DNA of 64,000 nucleotides from an uncultured Gammaproteobacteria bacterium (GCA_964510885.1 CAZEDL010000007.1:13999-77998); one strand, 5' to 3'. Shown: positions 27,268-38,922, counted from the first letter of the stretch. Notes: generated by a model not told the origin, from the letters alone. A program made the numbers and translations.

Positions 27268-28851
27268 CTACACCAAACTCCTCCCCGTCATCTCCGGCGG
27301 CTGAGGCAGACCCATAAGCGATAATACCGTCGGCGCCACATCGGCCAAAATTCCAACTGGTGATAACAAGCTAAGATCGCCTTCCAGGGCATCTCCCGAC
27401 GGCCCAGCCGTGCCCTGAAAATCTTTGCCGATAATCAAGAGCGGCACCGGGCTCGTGGAATGTTCTTTATCGATCTCGCCCGTCTGCAAATTAAGCACAC
27501 ATTCGGCATTGCCATGATCGGCTGTCATCACCACCACGCCGCCTTTGGCGAGCGTATGATCTACCACCTCTTTAAACGCCTGATCACACGCTTCAATCGC
27601 TTTGATACTTGCTTCGAGGTTCCCAGTGTGCCCCACCATATCCGGGTTGGCAAAATTCATTGCCACGAAATCAAACTGCCCACTATCGATCGCTTTGGCC
27701 GCTTCTTTAGCCACTGCACGCACCGACATTTCAGGCGCGTCGGCATAACTAGCCACCTTGGGCGAGGGCACGAGCACACGCTCTTCGCCAGGGAATGCCG
27801 TTTCTACCGTCCCGTTCAAGAAGAACGTCATGTGCGCATACTTTTCCGTCTCGGCAATATGAACTTGCTTTAAGCCGGCCTTACTCACTGTCTCGGCCAG
27901 CGAATTAGTCACAATAATCGGCGGATAGGCCACAATCACCGGCAATTCTTTTTCATATTCCGTCATGGTAACAAACCATAATTTATCATAATATGTGCGC
28001 TCAAATTTGTGGAATCCCGGCAACACAAACGCCTGCGTCAATTGCCTAGCCCGATCCGGACGAAAATTGAAGAATATAACGGCATCACCATTTTCAATCC
28101 TAGCCACCGGTTTCCCGCCGTCGGTAAGTACCGTCGGCACGAATTCTTCATCATAATTTTTTTGTTCATAGCTTGCTTCCACCGCCGCCACCGGATCAGT
28201 CGCCGTGCGTTCGGCCACCCCCTCAGTCATTGCCCGATAGGCTTTTTCTACCCTGTCCCAACGATTGTCGCGATCCATAGCATAATACCGGCCAGATAGA
28301 GTCGCGATCTTGCCTACCTTGAGACTTTTCAGTTTCGCCTGCAACTCTTTCACTATACCAAGGCCCGAATTAAATACCATGTCACGCCCATCAAGAATAG
28401 CGTGCACGAATACTTCTTTGGACAGTCCTTGAGCTTTACATAATTCCAAGAGAGCAGACAGGTGTTCATCGCTGGCATGTACATTACCCGACCCAACCAG
28501 CCCCACCAGATGCAATTTACTCTTATTCGCGCGCACTTTTTCAACTGCTTTCAAAAATGCCGGATTGGTAAAAAACTCTTGACTGCTAATCTCTTGGTTA
28601 ATGCGCGGACACGATTGATAATATACGCGGCCCGCCCCGATATTCAGATGCCCCACTTCAGAATTTCCCATTTCTTGCGGCATGATGCCAACTTCCATCC
28701 CCGAGGCATAGAGCGTCATCACCGGATAATTTTTCACGTACGATAAAAAATTCGGAATAGTAGCACGAGTGATAGCATTCCCCTCGCTGTCCGGGGCTAC
28801 ACCCCAGCCGTCAAAGACGGTCAGCACTACTGGTTTATAATTATAAGGCAT
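27268..28851 (-). CDS. gpmI: 2,3-bisphosphoglycerate-independent phosphoglycerate mutase (paralog 1)
   Basis: DGWG, MGNSEVGH, GRYYAMDRD, AETEKYAH, NPDMVGHTG, TADHGN. Confidence 0.96.
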   Translation of the reverse strand: MPYNYKPVVLTVFDGWGVAPDSEGNAITRATIPNFLSYVKNYPVMTLYASGMEVGIMPQEMGNSEVGHLNIGAGRVYYQSCPRINQEISSQEFFTNPAFLKAVEKVRANKSKLHLVGLVGSGNVHASDEHLSALLELCKAQGLSKEVFVHAILDGRDMVFNSGLGIVKELQAKLKSLKVGKIATLSGRYYAMDRDNRWDRVEKAYRAMTEGVAERTATDPVAAVEASYEQKNYDEEFVPTVLTDGGKPVARIENGDAVIFFNFRPDRARQLTQAFVLPGFHKFERTYYDKLWFVTMTEYEKELPVIVAYPPIIVTNSLAETVSKAGLKQVHIAETEKYAHMTFFLNGTVETAFPGEERVLVPSPKVASYADAPEMSVRAVAKEAAKAIDSGQFDFVAMNFANPDMVGHTGNLEASIKAIEACDQAFKEVVDHTLAKGGVVVMTADHGNAECVLNLQTGEIDKEHSTSPVPLLIIGKDFQGTAGPSGDALEGDLSLLSPVGILADVAPTVLSLMGLPQPPEMTGRSLV

Positions 28852-28855
28852 AAAA

Positions 28856-28944
28856 AATCTGGAATCTGGAATTTAGAATCTAGAATATAGAGAACAGTAC
28901 TGAAAAAATACTATTCTAAATTCCAGATTCCAAATTCTAAATTC
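28856..28944. repeat. Inverted heptamer-array hairpin, same family as 27183
   Basis: aatctg gaatctg gaattta gaatcta gaat ... attctaa attccag attccaa attctaa attc. Confidence 0.8.
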
Positions 28945-28946
28945 AA

Positions 28947-30521
28947 TCACCAGAGCACCCTCCCCGTCATCTCTCCCGGAATGGCTATCTCCATACTTTT
29001 TAAAACACTCGGCGCCACATCAGCCAAACTGCCAGCGCGCAAGTGTTGTCCGCCCTTTAAGCCAAGCGCCGTGAGCCGCTCCGGCGGAGCCACCACCACA
29101 AATGGCACGGGATTACGCGAATGCTCAGTATCTATTTCTCCGGTTTTAATATTTTTCATCTCTTCGGCATTGCCATGATCCGCAGTGATAAAAACGGTAG
29201 CACCTGTAGCAAGGGCAGCACTAACAACTCGTTCTAAGGCTACATCGAGCACCCTAATCGATTCTTCTGTCGCTCCTAATTGGCCAGTATGACCAAGCAT
29301 ATCCGCATTGGCAAAATTTGCCGCTAACAAATCATACTGCTTGCTCTCGAGCGCTTTAATCAAGGCTTCGGCAATAGCAGCTGCCTGCATGGCTGGCTTA
29401 TCGGTGAAACGCTCCACACTATCAGAGGGTATTTTTAACCAGGTTATATTGCCTGAATGATCGGCATAACCACCATTAAAAAAATAAGTTATATGGGCAA
29501 ATTTTTCCGATTCAGCCACATATAGTTGTCGCCGCTCACCAAGCTGATTCACGAAGCCGCCCACCACATCGCGACTCGGAAAAGCCGTCAAGACCCCCGG
29601 CAAATCAGGGCCAAAATCCGTCATCGCCACAAATCTAATATGTGCCGGCATCCGGACACGGTCGAAGCTGGCCGCATTAGCCTTTGTGAAATCTGGCTGA
29701 ACAAAAGCTTTAGTTAGCTGGCGCGCCCGGTCGCTGCGCAAATTAAAAAAGAATACTACATCATTATCCTCCACCGGGCCAACTGGCTTGCCTTGGTCAG
29801 TTACCATCACTGTTGGCGCAACAAACTCATCGCTCTCGCCGCGATTATACGCCTCGGCGATAGCCGCTTCAGCCGTAGTAGTCGTATGCCGAGCCGAACC
29901 ATTAACAATTGCATTATAGGCCTGCTCCGTGCGCTGCCAATTTTTATTTCGATCCATGCTATAGAGCCGCCCACAAATACTAGCGATTTGTTCGCTCCCA
30001 TGACAGCGATCGCGTAATTTTTTTAGATACTGCAGAGCATCATGCTCACCTGAATCGCGTCCATCGGTAAATAAATGTAAATATACTTTTGTTATCCCTT
30101 CTCGTGACAACAGATCAAGCAGTGCATACACATGCTCGGGCGAACTGTGGGCACTATTGTGGTTGCTAAGCAAGCCCATCACATGGGCCGCCGTATTATA
30201 TTTTTTAAGATGATGCACCGCTTCATGAAATGCTGTATTTTTAAAAAATGTACCGTCTTCAATCGCCTCCGAGACATATAACGCATCCTGCTTCACCACC
30301 CGGCCCGCCCCCAAATTTAAATGTCCGGCTTCGCTATTACCCTCTTGCCCCTCGAACAAACCAACCGCCGCACCACTGGCCGCAAGCTCGGTATGCGGAT
30401 ACGTCTTTAACCACTCAAAAAAATGCGGTGCCGTGCGGGCCGAAATAGCTGATACATCGTGGTCAGTGGCTGGGCAGCCCCAGCCGTCTAATATCAAGAG
30501 CAACGTGGGAGAAGGTGTCAT
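28947..30521 (-). CDS. gpmI: 2,3-bisphosphoglycerate-independent phosphoglycerate mutase (paralog 2)
   Basis: LDGWG, EGNSEAGH, TDGRD, AESEKFAH, NADMLGHTG, TADHGNAE. Confidence 0.94.
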   Translation of the reverse strand: MTPSPTLLLILDGWGCPATDHDVSAISARTAPHFFEWLKTYPHTELAASGAAVGLFEGQEGNSEAGHLNLGAGRVVKQDALYVSEAIEDGTFFKNTAFHEAVHHLKKYNTAAHVMGLLSNHNSAHSSPEHVYALLDLLSREGITKVYLHLFTDGRDSGEHDALQYLKKLRDRCHGSEQIASICGRLYSMDRNKNWQRTEQAYNAIVNGSARHTTTTAEAAIAEAYNRGESDEFVAPTVMVTDQGKPVGPVEDNDVVFFFNLRSDRARQLTKAFVQPDFTKANAASFDRVRMPAHIRFVAMTDFGPDLPGVLTAFPSRDVVGGFVNQLGERRQLYVAESEKFAHITYFFNGGYADHSGNITWLKIPSDSVERFTDKPAMQAAAIAEALIKALESKQYDLLAANFANADMLGHTGQLGATEESIRVLDVALERVVSAALATGATVFITADHGNAEEMKNIKTGEIDTEHSRNPVPFVVVAPPERLTALGLKGGQHLRAGSLADVAPSVLKSMEIAIPGEMTGRVLW

Positions 30522-30859
30522 ACCCGTAATAATTTTTTATTGCGACGATGCCGATATTTATCGCGTGTCGATTTTTTGGCCATATTTTTGGCAAAGGCTG
30601 TCGACAGGTCAACACCGGTTTGATTCGCCAAGCAGAGTAGTACAAATAGCACATCCGCCATTTCATCGGCAAGATCGTGCTTGTGGTCAGTTTTTTTAAA
30701 GCTCTGCTCACCATATCGGCGCACCACTATCCGGGCCAATTCACCGACTTCCTCCATCAATTGGCCAAGATTAGTCAGTTCCGAAAAATAACGGACGCCA
30801 ACTGTTTTGATCCACTCATCTACCTGTGCTTGCATGTCCGCCATGGTTGGCTTCGTCAT
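30518..30859 (-). CDS. MazG-like nucleotide pyrophosphohydrolase (YpjD type)
   Basis: EEVGELAR..YGEQSFK..DEMADVLFVLLCLANQ. Confidence 0.92.
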   Translation of the reverse strand: MTKPTMADMQAQVDEWIKTVGVRYFSELTNLGQLMEEVGELARIVVRRYGEQSFKKTDHKHDLADEMADVLFVLLCLANQTGVDLSTAFAKNMAKKSTRDKYRHRRNKKLLRV

Positions 30860-30874
30860 ATCAGGGGCTACAAA

Positions 30875-32301
<1,427 letters not shown>

Positions 32302-32344
32302 GAGTTCAGAACTGCCTTACTATAACATACTTATACTGAGTCTA

Positions 32345-32372
32345 AAAGAGTCCCGATGTAATCGGGACTCTT
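32345..32372. terminator. Hairpin downstream of the SIMPL gene
   Basis: AAGAGTCCCGAT-GTA-ATCGGGACTCTT. Confidence 0.7.
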
Positions 32373-32401
32373 ATCTATAATATGGCTAATGTAAGATATT
32401 T

Positions 32402-33310
32402 TTACCACCGACTCCAGCGGCTGGTTGGCGACATAATTTCATATGTTACACTCACATTCATCACCACATCTTTGCTGCCAGCGGGAGCACCAGACGAAGC
32501 GGATGCTTCAGGGGAAAGAGGAGTGTCAACTGCCTTCGAAACTGCCGCTCCATAAAAAATTGGATAGTCAGAACCCTCATATTCAGAGTACGTCACCACA
32601 CTCTTCAAACGCACCCCGAGCGTTTCAGCGAGCTTTACCGCCTTCATTTGAGCATCTTGAAGCGCCTTATCGCGAGCGACGGTTTTAAGATTATCAGTAT
32701 CGTCAATGGTAAATTGCAACTCCCCCACCTGATTAGCACCATACTTTCCAGCAAGCGACAATACGGCCGGAATCATATTCAAATCACGAATTTTTACCTG
32801 CAGACTGCTGTCGACATGATAGCCGCGAAGTTCCGGCGCTTTGTCGGGTACTGCGGTATATTCCGGACGAATGCTGTAACCCGTCTTAAGATCCTTGTCA
32901 TCAATGCCAAGTGCGCGCACTTCTTTCAAAATCGGATCCATCACCGATTTATTATTCTTCTGGGCAGTCGCGACATCTTTATCGGTGTTACCATACCCGA
33001 GGCTTGTCACTGCAATATCATTGTTACCAGTGACTTTGCCAGTGCCGTTCACCGTAATCGTGCGTTCAGATTTATCAGCCAGGCCAATCGTCTCGTAATT
33101 CTTTATATTACTGTGGATGAGCGTACCGATATAAAAAATGATATACACCAGGAGTACGCCGCCAAGCGTCATGAGAATTTTTTTACCAAAAGCTCCGTTG
33201 CAGCACCAGAGCGAATGGCATTTTTTCATAAATGGACTATCCATATCATCCGTGCCGGGACGCATGTCTCGGCGCGGGGTTGCAGTTGATTTTGTTGTCG
33301 TCGTTGGCAT
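32402..33310 (-). CDS. SIMPL (DUF541) domain protein
   Basis: TITVNGTGKV..DIA; A..KALQDAQMKAVKLAETLGV.L; one N-terminal TM. Confidence 0.9.
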   Translation of the reverse strand: MPTTTTKSTATPRRDMRPGTDDMDSPFMKKCHSLWCCNGAFGKKILMTLGGVLLVYIIFYIGTLIHSNIKNYETIGLADKSERTITVNGTGKVTGNNDIAVTSLGYGNTDKDVATAQKNNKSVMDPILKEVRALGIDDKDLKTGYSIRPEYTAVPDKAPELRGYHVDSSLQVKIRDLNMIPAVLSLAGKYGANQVGELQFTIDDTDNLKTVARDKALQDAQMKAVKLAETLGVRLKSVVTYSEYEGSDYPIFYGAAVSKAVDTPLSPEASASSGAPAGSKDVVMNVSVTYEIMSPTSRWSRW

Positions 33311-33391
33311 ACGATTCACCTTTCTGAATCGCTCCCGCACGGGTGGCGACTCTATTTAAAATAAATTGATAAAATTAGTATAACACAAAAT

Positions 33392-34585
33392 TTATTTTTT
33401 TCGTAGCACTTCAATCCCTGGTAAATCTTGGCCGCTTAAAAATTCGAGCATAGCGCCGCCGCCGGTCGACACCAAATCAATATCTGCAATCAAATGTAAT
33501 TTTTTAAGTACTTCCACCGTCTCACCGCCGCCACACACGCCAAACGCCGACCCTTTAGAACGCGCCGCAATGATCCGCGCGATCGCTTCCGTGCCATACT
33601 GATACGGAGCCTGTTCAAAATAACCAAGCGCACCATTCCACAAGATAGTATTCGCCGTCTTTATATGCTGAGAGAATAATTCCACCGTGCGCGGCCCCAC
33701 ATCATAAATCGCCTCATCTTTAGACAATGCCAAGAGAGTCTCGCCGATCTCTACCACCCGCACCTGCGTGCCATCTTTAGAACCCACCACCACATCAATT
33801 GGCAGCACTACTTTTTTCTCAGCGGCGTATAATCGCGCTTCATCATAGAGCGAGGTATCAGCTAAGGACCCGCCAATCCCGTGGCCGCGAGCAGCCAGAC
33901 ACGTATTTGCCACTCCGCCGCCAAGTAATACCCGATCAGCGAGCGGTAATAATTTTTTAAGTACCGGAATTTTGGTTTCCATCTTCGCACCACCGAGCAC
34001 TAGCACCAATGGTTCTTTTGGCTCCGTCATCACCCGAGTCAACCCGGTAACTTCTACTTCCAAAAGGAGCCCCGCATACGCCGGCAAAAATTCCGCCACA
34101 CCCGACACCGATGCAGCCGGACGGTGGCTGACCCCAAACCCGTCGAGCACAAACAAATCAGCCAATTTTATAAAATCTCGTGCTAGGGTGCCAGTATTAC
34201 TGGCTTCATCTGGAAAAAATCTAATATTTTCAAGCAACATAACGGCACCGGGAGGCAGGCGGGAAATTTTTTGATTGGCAGCTGCCCAAAAATGCGGGCC
34301 GGGCTCATCGGCAAACCATTCCACGCTCTGACCCAGTTCCCGCGACAGATATGCTGCTATTGGCTCAAGTGATAGTTTTTTATCCACCCCTTCCGGCCGA
34401 CCAAGATGGCTCGTTATAATCACGATTGCACCCTTAGCAGATAAATAGGCAATGGTAGCAAGCCCCTGTGACAATTTAAAATCATCAGTGATCTGCCCGT
34501 TTAAAATCGGTACATTAAAATCCGATCGAAGCAGTACGCGGCGGCGATACAAATTTTTTACTTGAGTGATAGATGGCAACCGCAT
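33392..34585 (-). CDS. pgk: Phosphoglycerate kinase
   Basis: RSDFNVP, SHLGRP, LLENIRF, GGGET, STGGGA. Confidence 0.97.
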   Translation of the reverse strand: MRLPSITQVKNLYRRRVLLRSDFNVPILNGQITDDFKLSQGLATIAYLSAKGAIVIITSHLGRPEGVDKKLSLEPIAAYLSRELGQSVEWFADEPGPHFWAAANQKISRLPPGAVMLLENIRFFPDEASNTGTLARDFIKLADLFVLDGFGVSHRPAASVSGVAEFLPAYAGLLLEVEVTGLTRVMTEPKEPLVLVLGGAKMETKIPVLKKLLPLADRVLLGGGVANTCLAARGHGIGGSLADTSLYDEARLYAAEKKVVLPIDVVVGSKDGTQVRVVEIGETLLALSKDEAIYDVGPRTVELFSQHIKTANTILWNGALGYFEQAPYQYGTEAIARIIAARSKGSAFGVCGGGETVEVLKKLHLIADIDLVSTGGGAMLEFLSGQDLPGIEVLRKK

Positions 34586-34646
34586 AATAAAAAATATGGC
34601 AGTAGTATACCATATTTTTAAAACTCATTCATCTCAGAAATTTGCC

Positions 34647-35684
34647 TCAATTACTCAACTGCTCGTAACCCGGTTGATCCGGCCACACATATTCGGAAAA
34701 AATCCAATCCGCCACATCGCGCGCTTCGGTAAACCGAGATTCATTGGTGGCGCTGCCAAACACAATCACTCGAATCGGGTGATGAGCCTCAGTTTCAAAC
34801 TGCATCGCCACATTATAAAGTGAGTTATTAATAAAACCGGTTTTTCCAACCACCTGATTTTTGTCATACTCGCTTGGAATCCATTTGGTTAATAGCCAAT
34901 TAGTGCTCCAGATGCGGCGCTTCTTCGCTTGGCCGATCGGCTTGGCATAGTATTCGCCAATTTCGAGTATAGAACGAATACGATCGTTCTTTAGTGCTAC
35001 TTCGAGCAAACGGCCAACATCAATCACATTGCCAACATTCTGCTCATCAAGCCCGGTTGGCTCCACCACTTTTACAGACGTGAGATGCAACTCCGCAGCC
35101 TTGGCATTCAATCGTTCCACAAATTCGGCCTGCGTCAGCCCACTCTCGCGAACCAGGGCATTGATGGCAGTATTCGACGATCCAACGAGCGCAATATGAA
35201 ACAAATCTTCAAGAGTATATTTTTCACCGACATTAATATGATGGCTACTGCCATCAGAATCAGCTTCTGTGACCACCGTAGTACTCGCCCACCGCATCGG
35301 CAAATCTACGAGCACCAAACTCGTCAACAACTTGCTAATACTGGCGAGCGAGCGAATTTCGGTGCTATTTTTTTCGTATAAAATGGTATCAGTTCGATCA
35401 TCAAGCGCGATCACACTCTCCGCCGTAAGCGTAGAAGGAAAGGTCGACGTTGGATTTTTTAACAGCGGCACGAGTGGCCGACTCGGCGGGAGTTGGTCCA
35501 AAATCACATCACCCCCAACTGGCTGACGCTCGCCGGCCCGCGGCAAAAATGAGATCTGACCACCGACTGCCTGTTTACTGGCATATACGGAACCAGCCAA
35601 CAGAAAAAGCACCCCGAGCACGATCGGCCCGAGCCATGATACGGCCGAACCGGCACGCTGTTTAACAGTCATTTGTTCATCCAT
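34647..35684 (-). CDS. D-alanyl-D-alanine carboxypeptidase (peptidase S11)
   Basis: ASISK (SxxK), SSN (SxN) and KTG motifs. Confidence 0.9.
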   Translation of the reverse strand: MDEQMTVKQRAGSAVSWLGPIVLGVLFLLAGSVYASKQAVGGQISFLPRAGERQPVGGDVILDQLPPSRPLVPLLKNPTSTFPSTLTAESVIALDDRTDTILYEKNSTEIRSLASISKLLTSLVLVDLPMRWASTTVVTEADSDGSSHHINVGEKYTLEDLFHIALVGSSNTAINALVRESGLTQAEFVERLNAKAAELHLTSVKVVEPTGLDEQNVGNVIDVGRLLEVALKNDRIRSILEIGEYYAKPIGQAKKRRIWSTNWLLTKWIPSEYDKNQVVGKTGFINNSLYNVAMQFETEAHHPIRVIVFGSATNESRFTEARDVADWIFSEYVWPDQPGYEQLSN

Positions 35685-35688
35685 ACCG

Positions 35689-36261
35689 TCAGGTTTGATT
35701 AGTCTCGGCAGCAGCGCTAGCAGCCTTTGGATTCAGCACCGGGGCTAAAAATTCATGAGTATGCAGCTGTTCATACTCCGGCAATTCAGCAACGCTCGCC
35801 ACCCCAATATGCCGCAAATAATTAATCGTTACCATATATTTAGGAAGCAGATTCAAATCGTCCCCCACTTCTTCCACCAGTCCTCGCAGCATCAAATTGC
35901 GCAAAATAACCGAACAATTTACGCCGCGCAGCTGCTCTATCTCCGGCCGGGTGAGCGGCCCGCAATATGAAATCACCGTCAACGTCTCTAATTGCGGCCG
36001 AGTCAATTCGCCAGTAATCTCACTGCGCAAAAACCGTTCCACCAATTCCTGGTGCTCGGGCTTCGTGATCAGTTGGTAGTCGCTGCCATTATGCATCAAC
36101 ATAAGGCCCGACTCTTGGGCGTCATATCGTGCCTTCAAAACCTGTAGCGCTGTCACCACTTCCATTTCATCGGCTGCCACCGCTTTGCTTAATTGTTTTA
36201 CCGATACTGGTGCAGCCACCACGAGCAGTACTGCTTCGAGCGCTGGAACTAAACTTGCCAT
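35689..36261 (-). CDS. scpB: SMC-Scp complex subunit ScpB
   Basis: LETLTVISY..P.TRPEIEQLRGVN. Confidence 0.95.
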   Translation of the reverse strand: MASLVPALEAVLLVVAAPVSVKQLSKAVAADEMEVVTALQVLKARYDAQESGLMLMHNGSDYQLITKPEHQELVERFLRSEITGELTRPQLETLTVISYCGPLTRPEIEQLRGVNCSVILRNLMLRGLVEEVGDDLNLLPKYMVTINYLRHIGVASVAELPEYEQLHTHEFLAPVLNPKAASAAAETNQT

Positions 36262-36346
36262 ACGTTATAAATTTATAGAAATTAGCCAGTAAGTTTAACT
36301 GACTACTTCAAACCATTGTCTAAACTTTTCTAAAAATCTTCATTCT

Positions 36347-36417
36347 TTGTCATTCTGAGCGGAGCGAAGAATCTTTACTCGTTTAGTGAAGATCCTTCAC
36401 TGCGTTCAGGATGACAA
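36347..36417. repeat. REP-like doublet hairpin
   Basis: TGTCATTCTGAGCGGAGCGAAGAATCT ... AGATCCTTCACTGCGTTCAGGATGACA. Confidence 0.8.
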
Positions 36418-36452
36418 CGGACAAAACTATCTATCAGTTTGAAGACTCATCA

Positions 36453-37148
36453 TTATACTCTTTCAAGTACCAGCTCGGCAAACGTATCAGGTTGGCTGAC
36501 CACAATCTCTTGCCGCTTACACAATTCAAGCAGGGCTAAAAAGTGGACAATGATTTCTGTTTTATGCGGCCGCTCACCAAGCAGATGGCTGAAATGAAAT
36601 TTCTCAAGCTCTTTCAACCGCTCCCGAATAGACGCCAACGTCTCTTTGATCGACACAGTGCGATCAATTGAAAGTTGCGGCAAGGTGGGCAGCGGCTTCC
36701 AGCGTTTCAAGAGCATAGTCATCGCCCGGTGCAGCGCTGAAGCCCCTGCCTTTTCGGGAAACGTGGGCTCAAGGGCCGGCACCTTAGTTGCTTCGAGCCG
36801 TCCATAGCACTGCGCCGCATCGCTCCACCGATCGCGAATCAATTCGCTGGCATCCACATAGCGCTTATACAATTTAAGCTGATCCACGAGCCCCGGCCCT
36901 CCGTCTTCTTCCGCGGGATACAAATACGGCAATAAGACGCGCGATTTCAAATACAATAACCGGCTCGCCAGCACCAAAAAATCTGCCATGCTTTCGGAGC
37001 GATCATCGAGTTTTTCGAGTTCTGCCAAATAGTGCTCCGTAATCTCAGTCAGTGAAATATCAGTGATCGGCAAATTTTCCTCAGTCACGAGTTTAAGGAG
37101 CAAATCAAGCGGCCCTTCAAATTGAGCAATTTTTACGGTGGTCGACAT
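36453..37148 (-). CDS. scpA: Segregation and condensation protein ScpA
   Basis: FEGPLDLLL, FLVLASRLLYLKSR, FLALLEL. Confidence 0.95.
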   Translation of the reverse strand: MSTTVKIAQFEGPLDLLLKLVTEENLPITDISLTEITEHYLAELEKLDDRSESMADFLVLASRLLYLKSRVLLPYLYPAEEDGGPGLVDQLKLYKRYVDASELIRDRWSDAAQCYGRLEATKVPALEPTFPEKAGASALHRAMTMLLKRWKPLPTLPQLSIDRTVSIKETLASIRERLKELEKFHFSHLLGERPHKTEIIVHFLALLELCKRQEIVVSQPDTFAELVLERV

Positions 37149-37200
37149 ACCATTATAAAGTCATTCATCGGCGGAGGGAGGAGAGAAGCCTCTCTCAAAT

Positions 37201-37228
37201 TGTCATTCCCGCCTGCGCGGAAATGATA
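37201..37228. repeat. REP-like palindrome
   Basis: TGTCATTCCCGCCTGCGCGGAAATGATA. Confidence 0.7.
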
Positions 37229-37241
37229 GACAAAACCAAAA

Positions 37242-38639
37242 TCACTTAGCGATACTAACATGCACCTCTTTCAAACTTTTCTCCGGCAGAATGGTGGGCG
37301 CACCCATGAGTAGGTCACGCGCATCACCTGTCTTCGGGAATGCAATCACTTCGCGAATATTCGGTTCATTGCTAAACAACATCGCAATGCGATCAATCCC
37401 GGGAGCAAACCCGCCATGTGGCGGCGCCCCAAACGTGAACGCTTCGAGCATATGGCCAAATCGTTCCTGCTGTTCGGCTTCACTAATTTTTAAGAGATCA
37501 AAAATCTTTTTCTGCAAGGCGCGTTCGTGAATCCGAATACTGCCAGAACTAAGCTCATATCCATTTAACACCAAGTCGTAAGCATTAGCACGAATATTCA
37601 TCAGATCCTCGCCAGCCATAAATTTAGCCTTGTCTTCTTCTTTGATCGAACAGAACGGGTGATGCTTGGCCGCAATATTCCCCTCGTCATCTTTTTCAAA
37701 CATCGGGAAATCGAGAATCCAGGCAAACGCAAATTCATTGGGATCATTTTTATCCTGGCGTAGATCAGGTTTATCCGTGCCGTATGTGTCGATACATTCT
37801 TGGTAGGTAAGGCGTGGAAATGGCAGCGTCGTAATCTTTTTCTCCGGCGCCACCTGTTTCACGAGTTCAATAAACATCGCTTCAGTATAGCTAAGTACAT
37901 CCTCCTGCGTCACAAATGACATTTCAAAATCAAGCTGGGTAAATTCTGGCTGGCGATCGCCACGCTGATCTTCATCGCGAAAGCACCGCGCGATCTGGAA
38001 ATACCGCTCGAATCCAGCCACCATGCTCAGCTGCTTAAACTGTTGCGGCGATTGAGGCAAGACATAAAATTTCCCTGGGTGAAGGCGACTTGGCACAATA
38101 TATTCCCGCGAACCTTCCGGCGTCCCTTTCATCATGATCGGTGTTTCAATCTCCACAAAATCATGATCATGCATGTACTTCCGGAAAAAAGTAATGATCT
38201 GGTCGCGGCGACGAATATTTTTCTGCATGCGCTCACTGCGTAGATCAAGATAGCGATATTTAAGCCGGAGCTCTTCACTAATTGGCGTCGTATCTTTATC
38301 AATTTCAAAGGGCGGTGTTTCGGCAGTATTCAGCACAAACAATTCTTTGAGTAAAACTTCGATCGTGCCGGTTGGCATAGCAAGGTTCTTTTGCTTTTCA
38401 CCGCGTTCCTTCACGATGCCACGCACCTCTATCACCCATTCCGGGCGCACTTCTTTGAGCCGCTCTTGCGATGCCGCATCAAGCTCCGCCGGCACGCCAA
38501 CCAGCTGGGCAATGCCAGAGCGATCACGCAAATCCAAAAACACGATCTTGCCCATATTGCGGCGAGCATTGACCCAACCCTTAAGAGTCACCTCTTCACC
38601 AATTTTAGCCGCCGTTTCCACCGTTAAAATACGTTTCAT
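37242..38639 (-). CDS. aspS: Aspartate--tRNA ligase (short form without GAD insertion domain)
   Basis: RLKYRYLDLR, LPQSPQQFKQ, CFRDED, GAPPHGG, VIAFPKT; 465 aa. Confidence 0.96.
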   Translation of the reverse strand: MKRILTVETAAKIGEEVTLKGWVNARRNMGKIVFLDLRDRSGIAQLVGVPAELDAASQERLKEVRPEWVIEVRGIVKERGEKQKNLAMPTGTIEVLLKELFVLNTAETPPFEIDKDTTPISEELRLKYRYLDLRSERMQKNIRRRDQIITFFRKYMHDHDFVEIETPIMMKGTPEGSREYIVPSRLHPGKFYVLPQSPQQFKQLSMVAGFERYFQIARCFRDEDQRGDRQPEFTQLDFEMSFVTQEDVLSYTEAMFIELVKQVAPEKKITTLPFPRLTYQECIDTYGTDKPDLRQDKNDPNEFAFAWILDFPMFEKDDEGNIAAKHHPFCSIKEEDKAKFMAGEDLMNIRANAYDLVLNGYELSSGSIRIHERALQKKIFDLLKISEAEQQERFGHMLEAFTFGAPPHGGFAPGIDRIAMLFSNEPNIREVIAFPKTGDARDLLMGAPTILPEKSLKEVHVSIAK

Positions 38640-38721
38640 ATAATATACCTTGACAAAATTAGTCTACAAAGGAATAATAAAGAGCTCTTTAATGTCTCAA
38701 TAATGAGACGAGGAGGAACAC

Positions 38722-38862
38722 ATGTACACCACGTACACCGAGACCCCCGGCCACCCTAATGAGGTCGGCCAAAAGAACTTCGTTAAATTTGCAGGAGGCA
38801 TGGCGGCCGTGCTTATTAGCGCCGCGCTCCTGCTCGCGCTAATACGCGCGCTTTTCAAATAG
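38722..38862 (+). CDS. 46-aa small membrane protein (not in ORF track)
   Basis: MYTTYTETPGHPNEVGQKNFVKFAGGMAAVLISAALLLALIRALFK; AGGAGG SD at 38711, TTGACA-17-AATAAT promoter at 38650, downstream hairpin. Confidence 0.7.
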   Translation: MYTTYTETPGHPNEVGQKNFVKFAGGMAAVLISAALLLALIRALFK

Positions 38863-38922
38863 TGCTCGGCATCACCCCCCCTCAAAGCACAGCCCTTGCC
38901 ACGCGCAAGGGCTGTAACATTT

